A stretch of 59,094 nucleotides of DNA, counting the filler, from Globobulimina sp. (lineage: Eukaryota): the NCBI GenBank assembly GCA_003354225.1. It is 11 parts of 11 records of this genome, joined end to end, with 100 filler letters (N's around TTAATTAATTAA, not from the genome) between each part and the next. Parts side by side here need not be neighbours in the genome. Positions count along the whole stretch, not along the records: positions 32,325 to 37,603 come from PIVH01000646.1; positions 37,704 to 42,979 come from PIVH01000647.1; positions 43,080 to 48,353 come from PIVH01000648.1; 8 more parts are not named here. One strand, 5' to 3'. A model generated the notes under the pieces. The model was not told the origin of the DNA. It made no database searches and saw only the letters and a program-made list of their open reading frames with translations. Below, one piece after another: positions 33,671 through 47,258 of the stretch. A program made the position numbers and the translations under genes. Numbering within the stretch: position 1 is the first letter of the stretch; every line of letters begins with the position of its first letter.

Positions 33671-34381
33671 ATGGGCTCGTCAAATTCTTCCACAAACATA
33701 TCCAAACTATGCAGTTCCACATTTACATCAGTGTCACGCATGGAATTCATCCAAAGGTTAAAAGGTACAAATTAAATACACAAAGCAATATATATTATTA
33801 ATTGCAAACTTGACACAAATATGTCTCAGACTTTGCTGATGATGATCCAACGTTTTATCTGATCCGTAAAGGAAAGTATGCATTATATTCGTCTGTAAAC
33901 CCATCGCCATTAATAGCTGCAGTTCAATTCATGGCATGTCATGAATATGTTATCATTGAATATGGCCGCAAACTAAAGAAGAAAATTGATGGGTTAAGTG
34001 TGCAATATATCTATATATCGTATATCAATATTAATACATAACATTATCTGTATTAAACATTTTATTTATAATTACGTACACAATAATTAACAATATAGGT
34101 TTAGCTATGCGAAGGCATTGAGATTAGATTTTGGAAATAATGGTTATTGTTTGTCTAAAATAGCAACAAAACACTATTGGGAGATTTATAGAGAAGAGAA
34201 AGGTGAACAAAAAGGATCATTGGGAGATAGTTGTAAGTGTCAAGGGACCGTTGATGCATTAATTGACATTGCAAATATTCACAAAGATAAATATGATTTG
34301 GCTACAAATAATTGTACACATTTTACGCAGCAGATATGGAACGAAATGATTATGCCTAAACGTGAAACTTGTGACTTATGA
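33671..34381 (+). CDS. Permuted papain-fold (PPPDE/LRAT-like) protein, 3 exons, myristoylation-like N-terminus
   Basis: MGSSNSS start; two GT-AG introns splice in frame; His in CHEYV and YDLATNNCTHF. Confidence 0.65.
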
Positions 34382-34625
34382 TCGATATATATATGAATAT
34401 GAATATGTAGGTATAGGTATTTAGCATAAAATACTACCGCAATCAAATTTATTTTAAAAATGTTTAATGTGAAATATGATTTTGCTTCTTTCTTTCTGTA
34501 AAAATTGTGTTGTGAGTAATTTAATTTTGTAATATTTATGTGTCATTTTTGTTAACGTTTTGCGTTATTGATAAGAAATGGTTGCTCTTTGTATACAATT
34601 AACGTTTCTGAACTAAATTGCAAGG

Positions 34626-35552
34626 TTACAGTAAGAATCCTGGCTGATTAACATCATACACATACACATGTTTATAATACAAATATGCCTGACACAAGCC
34701 TTCAAAAGTGGCCATACAAACAGCGCCACCAACTCCCATTCGAATAATCTTTGCTTGTAAGCCTCTGTAACATCCTTGTATGCCACCATCATATCTGTAG
34801 ATACTATACAAAGTACTAAGCGTGTATTTATATCTCCTTTCCTGTGACACACTTTCTTGCTGAAATCTGCTCTTAACCACATCGAAGGGCGCATTGAAAC
34901 AAGTCGCTATAACACCGCCACAAAAGCCTGCCACCAATGTTTGTCCCAAGCCATATATTTTATGTTTATCACTTACATCTGGCAAATAATTATGCTTTAT
35001 TTCATACATCAAACCAAAATATATTGTATTCCATACGCAGTTCCTCCAAAAAGTAGGTCCTAAGCCAATGAATAATGAACGGATTCCTTCTTCGGCAAAT
35101 ACAGTTTTGTAGCAATGCAATGTGTTTCTGTATTTTCCTAAATATATTTTACTTTGTAATCGAACTTTGAGCACTTGAAAGGGGCACACTGTGATAGCTT
35201 CAGTAAAACCTGACACACAGCCGGCTGCTGCACATATTTGCCAATTGGTTATATTGTCATTGATGTTTGACGCCAAATAACGACGTGAAAACTCATAGGT
35301 TGTATACATTACAGTTGTTTTGGGAATCATCCCAGCTAATTCTGGCAATAAGCCACGATAGAAACGCAGTATTCCACCTTCGTGGTATATATCTGTAAAT
35401 GATTTAAATATGGATGGTGGAAATGCATTATCCATGAGTTGATTTCGTGTCTTTATCATATCAAATGGTTGGACAGTGATCCCTTCCATGACACCGGCCA
35501 AACTGCCCGATATCCAAACAATTCCAGCTGGTGCTTGGCCGTCTGTTGACAT
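34626..35552 (-). CDS. Mitochondrial carrier (SLC25; 2-oxodicarboxylate-carrier-like)
   Basis: Three PxD/ExxKxRxQ-type signatures (PFDMIKTRNQ, PFQVLKVRLQ, PFDVVKSRFQ); WRNCVWNTIYFG. Confidence 0.9.
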   Translation of the reverse strand: MSTDGQAPAGIVWISGSLAGVMEGITVQPFDMIKTRNQLMDNAFPPSIFKSFTDIYHEGGILRFYRGLLPELAGMIPKTTVMYTTYEFSRRYLASNINDNITNWQICAAAGCVSGFTEAITVCPFQVLKVRLQSKIYLGKYRNTLHCYKTVFAEEGIRSLFIGLGPTFWRNCVWNTIYFGLMYEIKHNYLPDVSDKHKIYGLGQTLVAGFCGGVIATCFNAPFDVVKSRFQQESVSQERRYKYTLSTLYSIYRYDGGIQGCYRGLQAKIIRMGVGGAVCMATFEGLCQAYLYYKHVYVYDVNQPGFLL

Positions 35553-35634
35553 GGTTAGATTAAAGATAAATTAAACTCACTCACATTTTCATAATGGCTT
35601 ACATCACAAATCATTCACTTTATGACACTGTAAG

Positions 35635-37425
35635 TTACATATTTTCTGGTGGTATTCCATTATATCCCCAACAATATTCCTGCGGCAAACTATTCTTTGC
35701 ACCAAAATATTGATTAAAATCATCCCACGTCAACACAAGATCGCCGTCTTCATTTAAATTGGAAGTGATGACTGCCGCATATTGATTAGTTTGTGTTGTT
35801 GCAGGTAATATAGCAAATCCATTCGAATCACTTGGCTGGAAATAATGAACATGGCCAGCAAATGATCCACGAACAATAGATCTATATTCATTTGGTATTA
35901 TCGCTTGTACCACATTTGGATGATGACCAATAACCAAACAATGTCCATTCTTTTGTGATTTAACCCATTCTAAATCGTCATTAAACATTGCATTCTGAAA
36001 TGCATTATTTAGTCCTAAATTGGTGTTCAATATAATCGCATAAAAATTCTCATTATCTCTTGAATTATTAAATATCTCCGGGATCTTTTTAATAGAATAA
36101 CCAGTCGAATTAAACAATGAAACTGAAGTATACTCGACATCATCATATCTATACTTCCGATTTAAATCATTATTTATGATATTTGCTTCAATCAATATTC
36201 CAGCCCAGGCACTGTTTATTGCTGCATCCGAACCATTGCAAAATATAGAATTTTCCTGTCCGTCATGGTTACCTGCAGTATAAAATACAGACCGAGCTGG
36301 AAAATAAGCCAACATATACTGTACAGCACGGGATAACATTCTTGGAACAGTGAGAGTTTCCGGAGCTGCTGCAATCTGCGAAAATTGATGAGGCTGCGTA
36401 TCACCGCCATATATCAATATATTTGATGGTTCAGCATGTTCTGCTAAAAAAGCAATAGCTGTCATGAACATATCCAACGGTGGTTCGTTCACATTGGTCA
36501 ACGTACATGCTACGATGGGGTTATTTGTTGCGCTGCAATTTTCACATTGGAACATATTGCTAATATTTGCTTGTGGAAATCGCGAAACCCAATCTGTTGA
36601 ATTTGGACCATTTCCTGCCACATTGTACCTTATTTTATTTGAATTTTGTTGTTAAAATACTAATATTAAAATATTTTAAAAGTAATATTTTTCAACTTAC
36701 CATGGTTCGATATGAACATCGGAAACAAATAAGATATTTCCTGTATGATTATCATTTGCAACACGGCTGCAATTATTGACTGTATTAACTTTGTTACGCA
36801 GTGCTTGTGGCATATCATAAGTTGATAATGTTTCTGCTCTTTGCGTGTATTCGCCATTTAGTCCACGAATTGGATATTTATCAGTGAATATACTCGATTC
36901 TTTGGTGCATGAATAACATGACAATGAACAGTATGATGGATTGGTGTGGAATTGGGACCATATCGAACATGATTCAGGTGAACGTGCAACAATATCATGG
37001 CAATATTTATCTGCAATTGGTGAGATATCGGTACATTTGCCGAGGTATTTAGTGAAGGCCTCTTCAAATGATATTTCTTGGGTTAGATTGAAAAGGGTTT
37101 TTTCATTATTTTTAAAAATATAGCGAGCTGCGATTGTTATACAATCTGCAAAATCAACGAAATCCCACGAGGGAATACAACTAAATCTGTCCGGTATAAA
37201 TGATATTGATGCAATATCTGTGTCATCTAATTTTGAATCAGATTGTGCTGTTGACAATATTCCAAATCTTAATTCATTTATATTTACAATATTATCATTG
37301 TTATGATCTAATAAACGATAATATGATGTCTTTAATATCGTAATTTGATTTGGATTAATCCATTCAGAAAAATTAATTGATGACACGCTAAGAAATAATG
37401 CTGAATATACAAGAATTGCTATCAT
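35635..37425 (-). CDS. Secreted calcineurin-like metallophosphoesterase (acid sphingomyelinase-like) with N-terminal EF-hand-like loop, 2 exons
   Basis: Signal peptide; SDVH, GGD..PH, GNHD, GHHP, AGHVH; LDHNNDNIVNINE; intron about 36699-36630. Confidence 0.82.
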
Positions 37426-37939
37426 AATTTGAGGCTACAATTAATTAGTTAATTATAAGGATGTTTTTAAAAAAACAGTTCGGTGCTTCGATCAGTTTCG
37501 TCTAAAAGGATACTTCAGTTGAACGGAAAAAAAAATCAAAATAATTTATGTGAGAAAACATTGCAACTAAAATTGAACCAAATCGTGGTACAACATAAAT
37601 AATNNNNNNNNNNNNNNNNNNNNNNNNNNNNNNNNNNNNNNNNNNNNTTAATTAATTAANNNNNNNNNNNNNNNNNNNNNNNNNNNNNNNNNNNNNNNNN
37701 NNNGGGAACCATTAACATTTCATTATTAACCTATTTTCCTTCCAAGCTTTTTCTCTAACAATTCACAAATGATTTAAAAAAGTAGATCATGAGCAAAATC
37801 AAGGTCAAATAGGAAAACTCTATTCAAGTTTTGTGACAGAATGAAAATCACTTAGAAAGTGTCTACACTTTAATACATAATAATTAATACTGAATTGAAT
37901 ATTAATAATCCAAAACAGAACACATTAAAATTTGAATAT

Positions 37940-40900
37940 CTATTCACCAAATGATTCCTTTACAATTTGTTTAAATTTACTTTGTGGATTATTCAACAAA
38001 TTATTTGGAGAATCGTATTCTAAAATATTACCATTATCCACAATTAAAATTTTATCATAATCCATTATTGTATTTATGCGATGTGCAATGGTTAATATTG
38101 TATTATTCTTAAATATTTTACGTATTGTTTCTTGCATAGCTTTATCTGTTTTTGTATCAACAGAACTCGTCGCTTCATCTAATAACAATATTTTTGAATT
38201 TCGAACAATTGCTCGCGCCAAACATAATAACTGTCTTTGTCCCAAACTAAAATTGTTTCCATTCTCTTCAACCATAACTTGTAATGGATCCATATCCATA
38301 GTAATACTTTCTTCATTATTCTCATTCTCTGCACTGGTACATATTTTATTTAATGCTGGCCACATATTGACAGACTTCAACGAATCTACTAATCTTTCAT
38401 CACTTGTTTGATTAAACGGATCTAAGTTATGTTTAATTGTTCCATTAAACAATACCGGATCTTGCGGTATCACTGATATCTTTTTCCTTAAATCATGTAA
38501 ACCAATTTCACCAATATCAACATTATCAATTTCAATTTTACCATCACTTAATTCCACCATTCTTAACAACGTAACAAATAACGAAGATTTCCCTGCACCG
38601 CTTCGACCAATGACCCCTACTTTTTCACCACCATTTATTTCAAAGGTCAAGCCTTTTATGACAAAATCCAAATTTTCTCTGTATTTCATCCAAACATTCT
38701 TAAAATGTATGCTCCCCTTTTCTGGCCATTCTCTATTCGTTCCATGCCCAATTATTTCTTTTTCAACAATGAATGCTTTTTCTTGCTTAATATGTTCACT
38801 TTTGTACTGATCAATTCGTTCAACAGCAACAATATCCTGCTCCAACTGTGCTTTTATTTGAATAAAGAAATTTAATAAATTACTTAGCATCATAACAGAA
38901 GTCAGAGCGACGCCCACTAATTCAGGCGGTGGTAATGTGATAGCACAGGAAAGTGCAGCTCCTCCCACCAAACACGACGAGATAAAATTTAATCGGACAC
39001 TCAACCATCGATTGGCAGACATTAACGGATAATAACAATGTAAATCGCGATTAATCAATTCCTTATTTTGCTTTTCAAACTGTTTCGTTCTATTTAATGT
39101 CTGAATAATGCTGATTCCATCCAAAGATTCGCCAAAATGTGAATAAATCGGCGAGTTCATAATTGAAGATAGCCGCCGTAATTCCCGCATTGAGGCAATA
39201 AAATATTTCTGTAAATAGTAATATAAGACCATCACTGGAATCACAAATATTATAAATAATGGGATTACAATGATTGACTGTATAAGTGATATGACTATGA
39301 GACCGCCCATGGTTATAAACTGAGTGACTGAGCCAGGTAGTTGCTCGTCGATATTATTCATATCTTTTGAAAACCTGTTTATGACTCGCCCTAATGGCGT
39401 CTCGTCAAAAAATTCTTGTTTTGCGCGCAGTAATGAATATAATAATCCCTGGTGTAACTTTTTAGACGCTCTCAATCTGCCAATAATAATAACTATAAAT
39501 GACAAACAAGAGACCAGCACTGCTGCCAATGTTATCGCACACCAAATGCCGATATAATACCAGTTATTATTTGTATCACTGGCGGACCATTTTGCCAACC
39601 AAAACACATTAATTGTCAGAAATGAGTACTCGAACACCTTAATAATGAGTAATGCTGAAACTAACAGTATTCCTCCCATAGCCTTAATATATTTCATATA
39701 TACGTCGATTCCCGTCGAGCCCACTCCGCGCTCCTCGGCTGTTGTAAGCTGGCCATTTCCTTCTTTTTCCCGGCTTTCTTCATCATCCATTGACACAGCG
39801 GCAGAGAAATAATCTGGTTCCACCAAAGACAAACTTTGTCTCAAACTCCCTCGCAAACTTCCTTTCAAACTTTGTCTCAAACTCCCCCGCAAACTTTGTC
39901 TCTCTGTTTTCGAATTCTTCTCAATTACATCAAATTGTGTTACATCAATATTTGCTGTTTGCAATTCCTTCAAAGCGCCTTGAATTTGAATCTGTGAATC
40001 TTTCATCACAATAATATTTTGTGCATATTTTAAAAATGTGATGGAATGTGTTGATAATATTATCGTTTTATTATTCTTGTTTAATAATTTGATAAAACAT
40101 TCATTAAAGATATGATTTGCGACTCCAACATCGAGGGCAGATAAGGGGTCATCGAAAATGTAAACATCCGCTTCACTGTAAACAGCGCGCGCCAATGAAA
40201 TGCGTTGTTTCTGCCCACCGCTGAGAGTAATGCCTTTCTCCCCAATTTCAGTGTCATCTCCGTTTGCCAATATCCTTAAATCTGGAGTTAATCCGCAAGC
40301 ATTCACCACTGTTTCATAAAAGATTTCATTATATTCTTTACCAAATAAAATATTTTCTTTAATGGTGGCGTTTTGGATCCAGGCAACCTGTGAACTATAA
40401 CCGATTGAGATATTATCATAATATTTGATGGAGCCTTCATCGCTTTTATTTAAGCAACCTATGATGGCAGATATCAGTGCAGATTTGCCTGACCCGGTTT
40501 GGCCAATTATCATTGTCATTGATCCAACTTTAAAATCACAATTAATATCTTTTAATGCAGTTTGTTTCAAAGCATCATCCCAATAAAATGTGGCTTCTCT
40601 TACAGACAATGCTTGTTTCCGATTATCTTTATCGTTCGCAACATATTCTATTTGCTCTCGTTTCACATCTGGAGAGCTAAGAAATAATCTAATTCTTTTG
40701 AAAGAAATCGAGGCATCGATGAGCGTTACAATTATTCTGTATAGTAAGTAAGTAAGTTTTTTTGAAATTAATGAATAAATTAAAGATATAAAATTTACTT
40801 AACGCTGGAAACATCATTAATGCGACACGTAATTGATTGAGAAACGCCATGGTAACAAACGCTTTTCGTGGTGTTAGAGTATGGCCCGATAAGACGTAAG

Positions 40901-41967
40901 CAGTAAATGTAAATACATTTAATAATATAGTTGAAAACATGAAAATAATAGAATTTAATGCCCCGTATAAACAATATTTATATAATATGCGCAATTCTTG
41001 TTTACGAATACCACTGATTTTCTCTCCATATTGAAGGTCCCATGCATACATTTTTATAGCTCTTATGGCGCCAAATACTTCATTGACCACAGATAATCTG
41101 TCATCTCTTATTTTCACCAATTGTTTCCGTGCGTTTTTCAATCTAACAGCGACTTTGACTATTTTTAGCATTTCATTGCAAAAAACAAACTTTGTATCGG
41201 TGAGAAAATTAAAAAATAAAAACTAAACTTTGTATCGGTGACAATATAAAAATTTGAAATCCTAACCCAACAAATAAACTCCACTGAATCTCTTGATATA
41301 AGAAATACAAAATGAACACTAAAAAAAAAGGTTGTACAAAAACTGTATGAGCCCATCCAAACGCACCTTGTAATTTGCTACAATCAGTGGTGATAATATT
41401 CATTATGTGACCTGAACCATGTTCAGCCCGCGAACCTACACTGCGCCTTAATAATTTATCATAAATAGCTGCTAATAAACTGCCACGGACTCTGACGCCA
41501 ACTGCCAAGGATCGATGAAACACTTGGTTTACAAGTACTGCACCGACAATCTTTACAAAAAATAAAAGCGCAGCATAGAAAAATAGTTGTTTTTGATTGT
41601 TCGCTTCTGAGGAATCGATAAATGCGCCAAGGATAAGAGGATCAAATAAACGTAAGATATACATGACAAATGTTAATAGAACAGCTGTGTAAATTGGTTT
41701 GCCAAATGCATTGACCACTGCTTTGAAAACAGATGGTTTGTAATCTGGGTTTTTGACAGCTTTATTTTGTTGTATCTTCCAAAAAGCGTCAAATGTTTCA
41801 ACTAAATTTTCTGAATGATCTGATTTTTTTAAATAATTTAAATCTTCGAGTTGTAATGGTTTCTGATAACCAATCTTAAACATTTTAGATATCCATCCAA
41901 ATGAAAGGTAGTCATACAAATTTGCTTTTTGTTCCACAGTCTTTGTATATTCTAGTTTTTCTTCCAT
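37940..41967 (-). CDS. ABCC/MRP-type full ABC transporter, 3 exons
   Basis: Two NBDs (GQTGSGKS/LSGGQ/IFDD; GRSGAGKS/FSLGQ/LLLDE) and two TMDs; introns 41228-41159 and 40803-40737 in frame. Confidence 0.95.
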
Positions 41968-42135
41968 TCGATAAATTGATTCTGACTTTCTTCAAATATA
42001 ATTACAATACGATACACTTTTTAAATGATAGTTTTTTTCTTTTTTCTACGAGTTAAATCTAAAAAAAACTTAATTTTCTATTAATATACTTATAGATTTC
42101 ATAATCAATAATTGAGCAGCTATCATATGTAATAT

Positions 42136-42979
42136 TTACAAAAAAATATGCACTTTGTTGTACTTACTAGTATTTGGGAATGAAAATGACATTCCTGATA
42201 TTTGAATGCCTTTGATCCAGACATTTGTATTCATTTCAAATTCCAGTCCAATCGCAGCGCCATTCTTATTCTCCCAAATCGTTGTTCGATACGGATAGCG
42301 TTCCCATTTTATACTTTGTGCAACAGATTGACACATTGGACAAACACACAACAAATTCTGTTGGATAAATGATAAAATTATCCTATTAATATGGACTGGA
42401 AATGCTTTACATTGCAAAACCTGAGAATATCGCCGTTTATTTAGCACCGTCTCATATTGATATTGTTCAGTATTAACTGTCTGAGTCTGAGCCAAATGTG
42501 GAACAATTTGTTTGTTTGTTGATTTATTGTTGATCGCATTTGTTTGTTTTTGTGTTGCCCATAATTGTCGAAGCAATGCTTTATTTTCCAAATCCGCAAA
42601 TATGTGAAAAGTTTCATTCATCAGAATTCCATCAGTTACATTGATAAAATTATCTGCTTTCTTTGTTTGAAACTTTTTGATTGAGAGACGGTTTGGTTTT
42701 TGATCTTGGCCATATTGAAGATAACAAACTGTAATGGATGCACCCTCTCTGAATTTTAGGATTTTGCATTGATGGCAGTTTCCAGAGTGATACCACCACA
42801 CTGATGCTCCCACTCTCATCCATTTGTGGCCTGTGTTAAGTGATAGTTTTCTGGCAATCAATAAATAGCGCAAATGCAAATGGTCGGTTCTTTGGATTTC
42901 TACAGTTTTGGTTTTAAACATTGATTTCCACAGTTTTATGCTTATTTTATTATGATCCAAATCTATAATCTCTGCGTTG
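42136..42979 (-). CDS. Hypothetical protein, 5'-partial
   Basis: Open frame of 274+ codons, no recognised motif. Confidence 0.5.
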
Positions 42980-43079
42980 NNNNNNNNNNNNNNNNNNNNN
43001 NNNNNNNNNNNNNNNNNNNNNNNTTAATTAATTAANNNNNNNNNNNNNNNNNNNNNNNNNNNNNNNNNNNNNNNNNNNN

Positions 43080-43431
43080 TCTGGTCAAAACTTAATCTTT
43101 TTGCGCGTGCAATTGCACCATTTTGTTTTTCTTCCCTCATAAACGCATTTATTAATCGTGCATAATCTTGTTGTTGTAATGTATTATTCACAGTTTCTAA
43201 AACTCTTTGTTTCAGTATAAACTCTGCCACTTTTCTAAAACGAATGTTTTCATGATCCAAATATCTGTTTACTAATTCATTGGATGGTAACCATTGATAG
43301 ATGTGACTTAATAAATCATCTGAATCTATTAATCTGCTCTTGTTCATACTGCAGGTTTTGATTGATACAATGTTTAAAATCATAATAATAATACATTTAG
43401 TTAACATTGGATTGAATGAGTGCGGGTACAA
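43080..43431 (-). CDS. Possible F-box-like protein N-terminus, 3'-partial
   Basis: DDLLSHIYQWLPSNELV is F-box-like; start uncertain. Confidence 0.35.
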
Positions 43432-43696
43432 CTTTTTGATGACTCTGAAATAAAGTGCGGTGAATGATAGGGGAGTGTTGCGAAATTACGTAATTAAAAT
43501 TTGTAAAATAATTTAATGTGTGATCGACAGCTGCTTATTGAAAATACACACATAGTTTTTGTAACAATTTTTGGTGCTCCATTGAATTGAATTCTTGCAA
43601 TATTGTGTACACAAATTTACACGGATTCGTAGGATCTAACACTCAGTGATTTCAAACAAACATTTTAATTTATTGCAACAATAAAAGTACACACAA

Positions 43697-46600
43697 TCAC
43701 AAATAATGATGACTTAAATTAAGACCAGTTATTGTATTCGGTTTATTATTCGCTTTATCTATATTTATAATATCCATATAATCGACAAGGTTTGAATACT
43801 GTTCCGCGACTTTATCCGCATATTTTATAACATGAGGTATTTTAACAGGACCTGCCCAGCCAAAATATATATTACATAGTGCATATGTGAATAATTCAAT
43901 ATCATTTTTCGAATTTTGTTCACTAAGTTTTAAATCATCATTGATAATAATCACTCGAACCGGATTCGCAACTTTATCTCTCGGCGCACCGCATGCAATC
44001 AGATAGAAATCCCACATTTCTGTTGAAACTATTTCAGAGTCCACAATGGTTCTTGGCTTGGCCCCAACTAATACATTCTGACGATGATCCCACTCAAAAA
44101 ATCTTGCATTTACCCGTTTTTGCACAATCATGAATTGTATCCGCGTCGATTGATGCGCAGCTCTTCTGATTGCAATTAATTCCAGCTTTGCCACAGCATT
44201 TAATTCACCCAACGACACACCATCTCGATACACAAATATTTGTTCAGGAATTACCTGTCGTTTGTTGACAAAATTCGCAATGGCCTTTTCAGTCAACATT
44301 TGTAACTGTTTTATACCGACCACTTCTTGACCCATTTGCTGATAATCAATCTGCGCCATTACACGACAGAAATCCGCATCGTAGGTCGACACAAATCCGA
44401 TGGTCGACACTCCTCTTTGTCGATTATGATTGACATCAATCCCAATAATCATGGTAGGAATATTTAAATCTATTTTACCATCCACTAAATAATTTAATTT
44501 CGGATTATTCTGATTGCCAACATTATTGTCATTCACTTCATTAATATTTGTCAGCATAACCTTCCATGGAATGACCCCCAATTTCACCATAAACTGACGA
44601 AAGGTCCCCAGCAAACTGTTATATTTTTTACTCCTTACTTTAGGGTCATTTTCTCGGCCTGGACAGATAGTGGCTGCCCGAATACATTGCGTAATTGTGC
44701 CAGTTTTCACATTGCAAAGTGCTTTCACTGTGTTATAAACATCAGTAACAACGCCATCATCCCTGGCAGACGGCAATATAAATAACAATCCTTCCAATTT
44801 ATACCGCAGTATTCCATCCTGTACATATTTAATAATATTCCGCAAATATAAGTCCATATTATCACCATTTGGCATTGGCGACTTGATCTCAATTGGAAAT
44901 GGATATGGATCCAAACAAAGATTCATATCATTATCATTTACATTTGAAAACCAATTATGTGAGAATTCACTAAATGCCCGACACAACTCTTCATGACACA
45001 GTTCATAACTTTGTTCCCTGCAATCAAGATAAGCCACGCCCCACTTCACAATATGTGTGCGGTTATTACTGCCGTGAGCACAGGCACTGAAGGGGCGGAC
45101 ATCTTTGATACTCCGCAGTAACTGATGGTCGTTGATAATGGCTAAGCCGTTCTCTCGGATGGAATTATATAAAATCGTAGTTGGCACAATGCGATGAGCT
45201 GTGACGTTCAATAAATTAGCGCCATATTCCAAAGTGCGAGTATGTCCCACCACGTTGGGATCATTTAATACCTGCCGCTCACGAGACTGGTATTGATTCA
45301 ATTGATTCAATTTCTTGATGACTTTGTCGACATTTTCCAACCTTTTCTGCAAAGGAATCGACGTATTCCTGGCAATAATACCGGTTATTTTTTTATTTCT
45401 GCGCAACTTGGCGGGATAACCAGTTAAATAGCACAGCTCTGGCGGATAATAATCAGTACGCAGCTTACCGCGATACTTACTTTCAACTGCTAACAAACCA
45501 TGAAAGGGTTGAACTAAGTCTTCTTTATATATATTTTTATAATAATCTCGAAAGGTGACCCAATTGCCTTTACATTTAAACTTTGAGTCTAGGCTTTTGT
45601 TGAAATTGATTGCAGATATTTTACGAATGCATCTCCGCGCATACAATGTGATAAAATATCGACCAATCAGTTCTTTCCTGCATTCGGTTTCGTACATACT
45701 CGATTTGTGGTCATCATGTTCGAATTGATATTCATGCGCCGCGTCATAATGCCCATTCATGATATCCATGATTTTTCGTTTCTCTTTTAATCGTAATTTA
45801 TTTCGAAAATAGATGATGGTTTGCCGTTCTTTTGTATATTCCATTGTACTAAAGAAGCCGTGCATGGCTTCTAAATATGGATATTCCCGAATATTTAATG
45901 AATGTATTAGTTCCGGGTCAATATAATGACTTTTACCAAAGGTAACATAGCCGACCTTTCTCATTTTATTCCTGTGCATAACATGTACAATTTGTGATAA
46001 ATATTCATGCGAGAAAGCCCGAATTGCATCCATTGAATCAAAATCTAACTCTGCGTTGTATGAGATGCGCACAGTGCCATTACCATACGTCATCGCATTT
46101 ATTTTGTAGCCGAATTGCTGTGTTTGTAATACTTTCCTATCGCAGTAAATTACGGTGTTATCAAAATCAAATTTGCCATAGATTTGGCGGATTTGTTGGA
46201 AGAGTCTGATCAGAGTATTATTAATCAGATATGGTCTGAGAATAATTAAACATTTAAAATAACAAACTAAACTCTCTCATAATGATTTCGTATCGTCTCG
46301 CTCTGTTATCCTGAGGGATATCGGCATCCTTTGGGTCATCGCTGTGTGCATGAAACTGTATCACTTGTTATTAATAATAATGAAATGAAACAGTAATACA
46401 ATACTTAACTCGGACATTATAGCGATGTAAAATTCCGTGAATTACTGGTCTTGCTTGAATGGCGTTGATAGTTAATGTTATTTGTCTGGCGTGGGATGGA
46501 GGGAATTCATGTGCAAAATGAGGGCGTTGTGCAATATTATACTGCTGTCGTGGTGGTGCCACAGTACTTAAAGGTACCATTGATCTGCAATCATTAGAAT

Positions 46601-47060
46601 AATTCTCTTGCTGTACATGTTGTTGTTGTTGTTGTTGCCTTTGGTGTCGTTGCATTACAGTCCATGTATTACTACTTGGATTGGAACCAAATACAGTGCT
46701 TCGTGCTTGATTATTATTTATATTATTATTATTTGTATCATTATCTTGGTCTGAGTCCGAATAATTATAATCGGGAATTTGTACAATTTTATTATTATTA
46801 TTATTGTTATTATTGTTATTTAGAGGCTGTTGTTGCTGCGGCTGTTGGTATGGTTGTGATTGGTGTGATTGTTGTGATTGTTGTGATGGATGTGAGTGTG
46901 AATGATGGCTTGGATGGCTGTTTTGTGAATGCGAATGATGTGAACGGTTAGATGATGGTGCAGGTGATTGTCGTTGTTGCGATGATGTTTGCCGTCTAGA
47001 ATGTGATGATTGGGGAGGTCCTGAATCACTATCACTATCAGCATATTTTGGTAAAGCCTT
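43697..47060 (-). CDS. Piwi-type Argonaute (N, PAZ, MID, PIWI) with long Q/N/S/H-rich N-terminus; at least 2 introns, start uncertain
   Basis: PAZ TFRDYYKNIY..YYPPELCYLTG; TQCI; IGIDVNH, GQEVV, YRDGVS, VQKRVNARFF, WDFYL, YFGWAGPVKIPHVIKYADKVA; short exon near 46275-46355 splices in frame. Confidence 0.93.
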
Positions 47061-47258
47061 TTAATTTGATAGGTAGGTACACGTGAAACAAGGTCAAAAG
47101 TATTGATGATGAAATTAAGTTAAAAAACCTAAAGTTAAACAAACATCAAAACACACAAATGTGACACACACAGGAAAAAATATCTAATAATAAATTACTA
47201 TAAAAAAAATACATAGAATTATTAGAATAATAAGTTGTTTTTTTTAGAATTTTGATAA

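Noticed and set aside
41165-41356. Apparent frameshifts in the ABCC gene (also in NME7, RING, vWA and sulfatase genes)
   Set aside because: Short GT-AG introns restore the frame where checked; these are not pseudogenes
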